Of a DNA stretch of 64,000 bases, positions 53,407 through 64,000 are shown piece by piece; within the stretch, counting starts at the first letter, position 1, and each line of letters opens with the position of its first letter. Under the pieces are notes generated by a model that ran no database searches, was not told the DNA's origin, and saw only the letters and a program-made list of their open reading frames with translations. This DNA is from Schmidtea nova (Eukaryota), in NCBI GenBank assembly GCA_044892505.1, contig CM097883.1, positions 414,594,001-414,658,000 on the forward strand, given 5' to 3'. The translations under genes and the position numbers were made by a program.

Positions 53407-53472
<66 letters not shown>
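53407..53472. repeat. (TA)n microsatellite
   Basis: Pure TA tract. Others occur at about 253-286, 11139-11190, 20600-20628, 61810-61885 and 61920-61986; (TAT)n at about 18090-18190. Confidence 0.95.
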
Positions 53473-53475
<3 letters not shown>

Positions 53476-56400
53476 GGTTTTAAAAATTTTGATGTTTGAG
53501 CACCATTTGGAGGTTTTCAAGGGTCCAGTACCAGCCATTAACCTTCTAAAGTATGATCACGATACTTACCTCTCAATTACCTTTCGAATGATATATAACT
53601 TGTAAGGTTTTAAAAAATTTGAAGGTTTTAACCCTTCAAAAGTTTAGCACAACACCTTAGACCTTCGAGGGTAAGACCATCGTGTGCATCTCTCTAAGAC
53701 CTTTCAAATGATACCCTTGTTTGAAGGTTTGACTTTATTTTAAATTGAAATGAGTCATCGATGACGTCATCGACAAGTCATTGCAATGAGTCATAAAAAT
53801 TCATTTCTTTTGTTCGGCGATGACTCATGCTTCACATAACTACCTACTTTTTGAAAGTAATAATTGTTCCTATAAATTCGGATAAAGTAAGAGGAATGTG
53901 TTTATGTCTTTACATCATCATTAAAACTGGAGCTCACAAATTGGCAAGAATTGATTAATTTAATAGTTAAACTATTGAGTCTTGCATATAAAGTCAAAGA
54001 CTTTTCACTTGTAGTGGGAAAACAACTTATATCCCATTTATCAAATTTATTTAAACCATATTCCAGGATATGATGTAAATCATATCCCTGTATATTATGA
54101 AAAATTACATATGATGAATCTTATTTGCCGAGAAAAATTGTATTTAGATCAAGCCGCACCCAAGTATTTATTTATATTTATTGTACAAATAACAACTTGT
54201 AGAAATACGAAACGATCCTTTTGTGTGCAGGTGAAAGAAATTCCTTGTTTCTTTTTGGAATTATTTATAAAGTATGTGAAACTATTTTTTCAAGGCAGAT
54301 TAATAATTTCAAGATCCAGCTGAAGATATCTCAGAAGGTAGTTTTATTTTAATAAAATTTGTTGAAAAATTTAGTTTTCATCGTTTTTTATTTATTTAAT
54401 TATTTGTTTTATATTGTAAAGATTAGTTTCAGAGTGTTTTTATAATTTGGGTATTAGTTCTTTGGAACTATGGTTATATCATAGAAATAATAATAATAAT
54501 GCCAATAAATAAAATATTTAGTTTCATATTTAAATAAATAATTAATATATAAAAAATAAATAAAATTAATAATAATATAAAACAAAAAATCCAAACAGTA
54601 AAACAAATCATAATTTAAAATTCGTGCGAAAATTAAAAAAAACATTTCAAAAATCCAACCAAGATATGCATGCGCGATTACTGAAATGGATCCAAATATC
54701 AAATATAAACAAAGCACAAATATCAAAAATCCCACCAAAAAATGCGCGATATCTCATACGGATTTATAAAGCAAATTTTAACAAAACACAGTTCAAAAAT
54801 CCTATAAAAATGCAGGATAAATCATACGGACACAGACCTGACATATCCTCTTACTTCAAATAAAAACAATAAATATAAAAATTGAATAGAATGAAGAGTA
54901 AATATAAATAATATTCACTGAAAGAGTACCTTTAAAAAAATGAAAATCTAAGTGAATGTGAACCTTAAATAAATAAAATTATGCATTAATACTCAATTTT
55001 GATTGGTTGATTTAAGTTACTAGCACAGAACAATATTATTACTGACAACCATTTATACTAACCGGCCTTATTTACCATCAAAACACGTAAATTAACTATG
55101 ATACTTAGAAATAGAAATACTACTAGAATCGTACATGCACAAATAAGGAAAACTAATAATAATTATTTTAAAATCAGATGATTTTCAATCAATTTCATGC
55201 TAAGTAACACTTATTTTTGATTGACAAAATTTTCCATCTTTTCATTTTTATCCCTAGAGATTTTATTTATTAGTAAAAATCATGTCGAAAAAAATTTACC
55301 AAAAGAAAATTTCAGTAAAATTTCATTTTCCGATGACTCAGCCGTGCTTTTGTGAAAGTCGGTTTGAATCTATGAATTTTTGTCAAAAATTATCAAATTC
55401 ACACAAAAGAAAATCAGTGAAAATTTATTTTCTTGATTTTCAATATCAATCTAGGTTAAATTTTCTAATTCATTGTTCCGTATCATGAACGATAAATTGG
55501 TTTAGCAGCTCAACTGTCATAAAAGCAGAATTTCTCTGCTAAGTCTAAAATCCAACAAACAGCTGACTCTGCTTAATATCACACTTTTCCATTGAGACCT
55601 ACCTTAATTCCTTTTTCATTTTTTTCACTACTTCAAAATAATAAAACTTCATATGAGCATAATTAATTCTGTAGAGGGATGCATTTTTATTATTTTCCAT
55701 TAACATTTATAAATATAATTGACACATTTTATAATAGGAATAGTAATAATATTAGTAATAATTTTAATAATAGTAATAATAGAAATATTAGTAATAATAT
55801 TAAAAATAGTAATTGTAAAATGTTGAATTNNNNNNNNNNNNNNNNNNNNNNNNNNNNNNNNNNNNNNNNNNNNNNNNNNNNNNNNNNNNNNNNNNNNNNN
55901 NNNNNNNNNNNNNNNNNNNNNNNNNNNNNNNNNNNNNNNNNNNNNNNNNNNNNNNNNNNNNNNNNNNNNNNNNNNNNNNNNNNNNNNNNNNNNNNNNNNN
56001 NNNNNNNNNNNNNNNNNNNNNNNNNNNNNNNNNNNNNNNNNNNNNNNNNNNNNNNNNNNNNNNNNNNNNNNNNNNNNNNNNNNNNNNNNNNNNNNNNNNN
56101 NNNNNNNNNNNNNNNTGTATTTAGGCGCTTAGTGACCCCACAGCACCGTGTTTGGTTTTGTACCCTTATGGTGTAACTGCTGTAGATTGCACTATATTAT
56201 TATATAATTAAATAATTCAAATTCAAAATTCAAATTTTTATAAAAAAATAAATTCCAATAGTAATTATGTGGTAATATTTATTATGAGTTTTTTATTTTG
56301 AGGTATACAATAGGTAAATATACTTATATAGTATAAAGATATCTCATAAGAAAATCTGTGGAACCTAGCCGAGTCTCCTATAAAAATATTGTTTCGGTAC

Positions 56401-59400
56401 AGCTGAGGTGCTTGCTATGTTTTCTCTGAGTGTGTGAGTGAGTGAGTGCGTGTGTATATTGTGAATTGTAGTAGTAGCTAACAATAGTAACACCTTTTTA
56501 ACAATATTTATTAAATCAACGCAAAAGTATGAAAAATAATAACCACTCACAAGCATGGATCACTAGAGCCAGAGGATAAAAATCAAAGATCTCCCAAAGG
56601 TTTTTGATATTGTTGAAGTTATTTTTCTGAATTTTCTTAAACTTTATTTTACTTGGTTTCCAAATTTTTATTATATATTTTAAATTTCCATTTTTTCAAC
56701 CGTTATTGGCTTTTTTTTCCTAGGCAATTTTATTTTGAAATACACACTTGATAAAGGCTGTGCTGAAATATTGTGTAATTATTTAAAGAAATTTTGATCT
56801 ATAATCATCCATNNNNNNNNNNNNNNNNNNNNNNNNNNNNNNNNNNNNNNNNNNNNNNNNNNNNNNNNNNNNNNNNNNNNNNNNNNNNNNNNNNNNNNNN
56901 NNNNNNNNNNNNNNNNNNNNNNNNNNNNNNNNNNNNNNNNNNNNNNNNNNNNNNNNNNNNNNNNNNNNNNNNNNNNNNNNNNNNNNNNNNNNNNNNNNNN
57001 NNNNNNNNNNNNNNNNNNNNNNNNNNNNNNNNNNNNNNNNNNNNNNNNNNNNNNNNNNNNNNNNNNNNNNNNNNNNNNNNNNNNNNNNNNNNNNNNNNNN
57101 NNNNNNNNNNNNNNNNNNNNNNNNNNNNNNNNNNNNNNNNNNNNNATGCTTCAACTATATGCTAATTCAAATTTCAAAGAAGCAAATTTCGGAACAAAAC
57201 CGTTCGAATAATTAATGGTAATATATCAGTTAATGTCTACGATAATTCTTTGGTTGAATTCCGTTATAAACGAAAAGAAAACGAAGGACAGAGAACAAAA
57301 CAAACTAATAAAATGATAATTTTATGTCGCTGAATTAATTATCTATGGAAAGTCGAAGTAGAGAATCTCATTTTCAATGCAAGAACGACAGTTAATGCTA
57401 ACGATGCAACGAATAACTTGACTTACTATTCCTGAGACATTCTCAACAAAAACCGAGACGTGATGATATTAATATTAAACGAAACAAGAGATATCAGGAA
57501 TGAATATTGTGGAAAAAAACTATTTTTTCAACGCTAATTGACAGTGGGGCTTTTGTAAAATATGATATTTTTTCTCTTTTTTCCCCCTTTTTTTGTGATA
57601 CTGGCAATATTCGGTTGAGAGCAGACTGGAAAATTTAATTGGGTTAGATGAGTCAGATTTCTTAATAGGTTCTTTTTCCATAGGTTCTTATTTCGTTCAT
57701 TTCCTAATGATTCAAGCCGATAATTCTGATCCACGAATANNNNNNNNNNNNNNNNNNNNNNNNNNNNNNNNNNNNNNNNNNNNNNNNNNNNNNNNNNNNN
57801 NNNNNNNNNNNNNNNNNNNNNNNNNNNNNNNNNNNNNNNNNNNNNNNNNNNNNNNNNNNNNNNNNNNNNNNNNNNNNNNNNNNNNNNNNNNNNNNNNNNN
57901 NNNNNNNNNNNNNNNNNNNNNNNNNNNNNNNNNNNNNNNNNNNNNNNNNNNNNNNNNNNNNNNNNNNNNNNNNNNNNNNNNNNNNNNCTCACCAATTGAT
58001 GAGCTGCCAGCTTATGAAAAATTCGATTTAAATTAGTAATATTTTGATTGTAAATTATCTTTTCACTCTTTCTATTTGTATTTCGGTTCGTTTCATTTTC
58101 GTTTTGTTATTTTGAATTAGAAGTTAATTTTTTTTGTTGAGAGAATTTCCTTGATTTTTATTGGTTATTTTTCAGTGTTTTCTTTTTACTTTTATATATA
58201 GTTGATTTTTTGTAGAACATCAAGAAACAAAACCGGACTGCAGTCCATATATGCAAAATAAAATCTGACTCGCTTAAATTGATTCAATTTTATGCTTCAA
58301 TTGGTTTTGTCTCCAACATTCATCGGCCTTTAATTTTTTCGTAGGTTTAAAACCGGGGGAGGTAGTTTTGTTTGCCTCGGGTCATAGCAGTAGGAACAAA
58401 GTGACAGTGATAAAGCTGAACTAGGAGAAAAATGAGCATAACAACTTAGAGTGTTGAAATTTGTGAATGGATTCGAGATATTTCTCTCGATTGAGTTTGT
58501 TTAACTGAATGATTAATTAATATATTTTTATAAGTTTTTTGAGGTTAAAATGAATTTAAAATTTTTTGTTACTGTTAATTTTTCAATTAAATTACAGATT
58601 TTTCGCGTGCTTTCTCGAGACCGCTGCAACATTTCAGAATGGGATCCTCAGGTGAAAGTTATACGCAGAGATAGTAAGTTGAATGCAGAATGAGACCAGT
58701 ATATCTGCGGGTGAACTTACGGTACCTGCGTAAAAATTGTGATTTTCATTTGTATGACGTAAACAAACAATACACTAACAGTCTACACAGCTTTTATGTG
58801 TGTTGTTTGGGGCTCTGGTCCATCTCCAAACTGTCTTTCTGATTTATTTCACACTGATACTCTATAATTTAGTCTAAAAAGGTGGGTAAACCTTTCTATC
58901 ACATTTATGGTCTTCCGGCAACCGCAGGTGGTGAGGCTACGGCTTTGATTACAAAAGTAAACGGATCAAACCAGTAAAGAATATAAATCACATTTGTGTA
59001 TTTTACATAATTAATATTTAAAAATTATCCCATTTAGCGCATAAATATAACTAACATTTGATTGACACAAGAACTATTAACACTTTATTTAATTTCTATT
59101 ACAATATTTCAAAATCAAATTCGCTATAAAGAGATATTTTTCTATACTGTTCAATACATACACACATACTTGTTAGTGACATGCAGTCAGAACCTTGAGA
59201 CAATTACGAAAACGGATATTCAATATCTGAATCAATCCACATCAACAACAATTACAAATGAACACACAAATATTTTTGACTGTTTTTTATCAAAAACCAA
59301 AAAAAGACAATCGAATGTCACTTAAAATTTGTCTGCTTATAGCAAATTCAATTTCGGAAATATTGTCTGTATTTTTATATGGTATTAAAGTAATTAAAAT

Positions 59401-59548
59401 TCTATTTTTATTTTCAATGCGAATTAATTTGAATGCGAATGTGATAAAATTTGGTGTATGGTCAGTTTGGTAGTTCTAGTATTAAGGCTATATTGAAAAT
59501 TTGCAGTTAGCCTGCAATACATGTCAATTATATAATCATAGTTTATAG

Positions 59549-59904
59549 CAGGGGTGCTCAAAGCTTTATTTATGGGGAGCGATGTTTGAAAATCGTAAAA
59601 CACTGTAGAGCCACAAAATTTTCAATGTTAACATAAATGTAAATTTATTTTATTACCATAATTAACTAATGATTAAACGCATTTTTTTAAAAATATTTAT
59701 TTAAAATATTTTATGAAAAATTTCTAGGACAATATCCCCCCGGACAATATCCCCTGGACAATACCCCCGAACAATATTCCCCCTGGAAAATATCCCCCGG
59801 ACAAATACCTAAAATTTTATTTACATATTAAAATTTCAGTTACAATTTACTAAACTATTGTGCTGCAAAAGAAATTTAAAAGAGCCGCAGTTTGAGCACC
59901 CTTG
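59549..59904. mobile_element. hAT-type MITE carrying an internal 15-16-bp tandem array
   Basis: TIRs CAGGGGTGCTCAAA / TTTGAGCACCCTTG; perfect TSD GTTTATAG (59541-48, 59905-12); about five GGACAATATCCCC(C) units at 59727-59805. Confidence 0.9.
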
Positions 59905-60439
59905 GTTTATAGGCAAATGCATTTAAGCTAACCTTTCGCAAACGTGTACAAAGAAATGAAAATACCATTTCTGAGAATATGTTATCCAAATTTTTTATAA
60001 AGTTTTAATTTCTTTTTTTTAACAAATGGAACTATCTGTGACGATATACGATGATGATATACGTTGTCCTTTCTTTGAAAACAATAAAAAACCTAACACA
60101 AAAATCTTCCTTTTACCATTTGTCAATATACACAAGTTCAATTACACAAATTTGGGTCTGCACTCTACAGCGTTAGAATAGGTGTCTAAATGGAAAATCT
60201 CCCTTTCTGGTACGCAAGAAATTGAATTAATTTGATTCAAATTTTGTTTCGCTTTAACTTTCTTTATTTACCTCCGGTTTCCTTTCTGAATTTTTGAAAA
60301 TTTAGCTTCGACCACACTGGCAAACTCAGAAATTTGTGAATATAGTGAATCTATCACTTCAGCCAGTCGCGCAATATTATAATTTGGGGTTTTTTAATGG
60401 GGTTTGCAGATGCATTTTTAATTTGATTTGGGGAAAATA

Positions 60440-60700
60440 GATTTGCGGCTTTTCCCGGGGCATCCTTCAATCATCCAATTCGCCTGGATAATTAAATGAT
60501 TTTCTTAATGCATCGGGTTTCCCACATCGCTCAGGTTTCCCATTAGCTCGGGATTTTAAGTAGACAATTAATTATTTTAATTAGTTTGTTTTTTCGTAAT
60601 ATTTCCTTCTGGAGGCCCCTTTTTAATTTTATATAACCATATTTGATTTGTCTTATCCTCCCATACCAGTTTCCCCCGTTAAATCTTTATTTTTCCAAAT
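60440..60700 (+). repeat. Second copy of the repeat inserted at 1265-1783
   Basis: Shared GATAATTAAATGATTTT..GGGTTTCC..ACATCGCT..GGTTTCCCATTAGCTCGGG and ATCCTCCCATACCAGTTTCCCCCGTT. Confidence 0.8.
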
Positions 60701-61807
60701 TTTCCAAATTTTTCCAAACGCTCAGTAATCATACTACTCACACAGAATGCCCAGGCGAAGACTGTAGGATGCACTTTAAAACTTTAAACTGCGATTTTGA
60801 CAGGATCCAACCAATTATAGGCGGAGTTGATTAAATTTCAAATATCTTTCAAATTTAAATTTGAAAAATTTTTAATTTAATTAACCGTAAAAACATAGTT
60901 TTTAAAACTCTATATTTTACTCTTTTAACTTTTATCAAAACTGAAATTTCAATATGCTTTATCAATGCTATGAAATATTTATTCAAACTTATAACATATT
61001 TTAGATATAATTACGTTATCTCATTAATCCGAAGTTAATGAATAGATAAGAATTTATATTGAAATTAGGAAATAACACTAGATTTGACAAATCAATATTT
61101 TTTAAATTAACCCACTTTCCGTGATCGGATCAATCTGAAATTTTGATAGCATGCAGTGTTTTGACGTTGAATCTACTTGACAAATTTCAGCTCGATCCTA
61201 TCACGGTAAGTGGGGTAATTTACAGTCGCAAAATTTGCGTGGCACAATCAATCAATCAATCAAACGCGAAGTTAATATAGAGAGAGTAAAAACTTTTATT
61301 ATTTTATGAAAATTCATAAATTATTATTTAACTGCTTTAGAAAAGTCAAATAAAATTTTTTTGACATTTATTTATCCATGTTTGCTAATCAATTTAGCTA
61401 CATTTGTAATAAAATAAAATCAGACAAGTGTAAATATTTGGAGTTGATTTTTCAAAAACATTTTTCTAATAATTTTAAAAAAACTTACAAAAGTTTTTCT
61501 CTCACATCTTCGTTAACTATTTAAAATGAAATTCCATAGGAGTTTTTAAATAAGTAAATAATTTTAGCAAAAAGTAAACATTAAAAGTTTGACAGTCTTC
61601 TAATTATAATAACAATTATAATAACAATTTTTATAACAACACCCACACTTACCAGCATAACTTTAAAATGCAATTACCAAATTTCAAACATGTTCAAATG
61701 TTTCATAATTATAAATTAAATTTTAATAAAGAGAAAATAGAATCCAAATTTTCGTTTCCATTAAAGCGGACGAAGACTGAATTTTCATATCTACTGTAGT
61801 GCCTTCG

Positions 61808-61889
<82 letters not shown>

Positions 61890-61918
61890 TTACATTTTAA
61901 ATAATTTTAAATTATTAC

Positions 61919-61991
<73 letters not shown>

Positions 61992-62463
61992 TCATATATA
62001 TAAATTCATATATATATTATTAAATTAAAAATATCGACATATTTATAAAGAGATGTTTTAATAATCGCAAAAGAAGAAAAATGCACGTTCAATTGAATAA
62101 AGAAAAGATGGAACTCAGCACACAAACTATTTCAACGCAACACCCATCACCAGAAAACTATTTCATGTTTAATAAAATTTTGTTTTTTGTTACAGTCTAT
62201 TTTCTAGTCACGATATCTACGATAATCAATTTCTAATAAAGATTCTAGTATAAAAATAAAATCGTTTTAAATTATTTAAATATACTTTTTGTTCATTTTT
62301 AATGAAATCNNNNNNNNNNNNNNNNNNNNNNNNNNNNNNNNNNNNNNNNNNNNNNNNNNNNNNNNNNNNNNNNNNNNNNNNNNNNNNNNNNNNNNNNNNN
62401 NNNNNNNNNNNNNNNNNNNNNNNNNNNNNNNNNNNNNNNNNNNNNNNNNNNNNNNNNNNNNTA

Positions 62464-63819
62464 CATTATTATTTTAAACTAATCAAAATCAAGGTATTTA
62501 AATTAAATTTACCAAATGATTTTATTTACAAATGTTAATTATTAATAATTAAAAACAATAAATTACAAATGCAACAAATAAAACATTTAGAAGGTGAAAT
62601 AAATCAGGACGACAGTTTGGTAGATTGCCATTATCAAGTTGACAGTTTGGTAAATGAAAATTATCAGAATTTCACAACGATCAGTTGTTCAGGAAAAGGT
62701 CTGGTCGGTCAAGCATTCGATGAAAACAATAACAAAGTCCTTCTGAAATCCTTTATCAAAATTGAAGAGAATTTAACATTTTTGAAGGATCCGGAAACCG
62801 GAAACATTATTCCAAATGAATATTATTATTTACAATTGTTATCAAATCAAAGTTTTGTTCCGAAATTATTAAATTATCACGAAGGAGAAAACTGGTCAAC
62901 AATTGTCATGGAATTTCTGGATGAAGATTGGATGGATTTGTTTGATTTCATTGATGAATGCGATCAAGAAACGGCTTACAAGTATATTTTGGAAGATGTT
63001 CTCTTGGCATTGTACCGGATGGCAGAGCTAGGATTGTATCACGGAGATATCAAACCAGAAAATATCATGGTTAATAGAAAAAGTCTGGAAATAAAACTAA
63101 TTGATTTTGAAGATGTTACGTATGATGAATCCGAATGTCCACATTGCATATTCAATTGCGGAACGATCGGATACAAAAGTCCAGAATCGTATTTGAAAGA
63201 GCCGTACGAGATTAAACCGAGTTTGGTCTTCACTATTGGCTGTTTATTGTATTCTTGCATCGAGGGGCACCAGCCGTTTAGTTCAGAGGAGGAAACCTTA
63301 TGTTGCCATCAATTAGAAATGTTCCATTGTTCGCCAATGGCCCAACAGTTCATTGAGGACTGCGTAAAATTGTTGCCGCATGAGAGGATAACGTTTGAAG
63401 GGTTGATCAATCACCCATGGTTTACAGATTTGTATAGCAATATAACCGAATAAAATTAATATTGTTTTTATTAAAATAATAATTTATTTTTTATTTTTTA
63501 GTAATATTTATTTTTTATTAATATACGTAAATATGAAAATAATAATGAAATATTGCAAATTAAAATAGAAATTTTTTAAATTCATTGTTGTTAATTTTAA
63601 TTTATAACAATTTATCTTTTTTTATACTTAAAATGTAATTTTTTAGGTTTCGGTGGTGTTCTAATTTTAAGAATTATAAAGTTTAACTTTTAAAACTTTT
63701 TTATCATCTTATTCGAATGATTTTGATTGCAAACATTTTCCCATTTATATATTTATATAATTATATCTAGCGCACTATCCTCTTCCATTTAAAATTTACG
63801 GTCGAGTGATAATAGAATG
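62464..63819 (+). repeat. About 1.36-kb direct duplication of 38271-39633
   Basis: Both copies start immediately after an N gap at CATTATTATTTTAAAC, and the homology ends at GTCGAGTGATAATAGAATG. Confidence 0.9.
62569..63453 (+). CDS. Intronless PIM-like Ser/Thr protein kinase, copy 2
   Basis: Same 294-aa ORF as 38376-39260. I found 5 nucleotide differences by eye: 2 replacements (L/I, D/E) and 3 silent. Confidence 0.88.
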   Translation: MQQIKHLEGEINQDDSLVDCHYQVDSLVNENYQNFTTISCSGKGLVGQAFDENNNKVLLKSFIKIEENLTFLKDPETGNIIPNEYYYLQLLSNQSFVPKLLNYHEGENWSTIVMEFLDEDWMDLFDFIDECDQETAYKYILEDVLLALYRMAELGLYHGDIKPENIMVNRKSLEIKLIDFEDVTYDESECPHCIFNCGTIGYKSPESYLKEPYEIKPSLVFTIGCLLYSCIEGHQPFSSEEETLCCHQLEMFHCSPMAQQFIEDCVKLLPHERITFEGLINHPWFTDLYSNITE

Positions 63820-64000
63820 TGTAAACTTGATTTTCTGGGAATTTTGTGTGTCTGTCTGCAGAAAATTTGTGTGACTTTTAAGTGTTTCTAAACAAAATTT
63901 GGTTTATAATTTGTTTGAACAAATTTTAGCGTAAGTTTTGATATATATTAGTTTTATATATATCAAATTAGTTTTATATTTACTATAGGACAATTAAAGT

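Noticed and set aside
58880-58935. Minus-strand HLRLPEDHKC resembling an AN1 zinc-finger tail
   Set aside because: It is flanked by stops and the upstream cysteines are absent, so it is likely a chance match.

Overview
This is eukaryotic, very AT-rich invertebrate-type genomic DNA with many N gaps. The species cannot be fixed from sequence alone; a flatworm/planarian-like animal is a guess. Host genes: (1) a 5-exon TRAF-family adaptor (RING, two zinc fingers, coiled coil, MATH domain) at 3673-9338 +; (2) an 11-exon eyes absent (eya) gene at 16022-45468 +, whose exons join into one open 550-aa frame with intact WDLDET and GDG phosphatase motifs; (3) two near-identical intronless PIM-like Ser/Thr kinase ORFs (38376-39260 and 62569-63453, +), the first nested in the last eya intron; (4) a small ORF resembling the MDM1 N-terminus (13765-14049). 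The rest is a dense mix of mobile elements: Gypsy pol and protease remnants, Penelope elements, a near-intact mariner, Tigger, Merlin, hAT/Buster remnants and MITEs, a Mutator-like foldback element and Helentron-like repeats. The highlights are a decayed Polinton/Maverick (adintovirus) major-capsid plus adenain-protease module at 50430-51860, a Penelope element with an inverted pLTR carrying hammerhead-ribozyme cores on both strands inside the eya intron, and the duplicated atypical kinase. I saw no rRNA, tRNA or CRISPR array. Family assignments come from motif recognition by eye and recalled consensus sequences, not from database searches.
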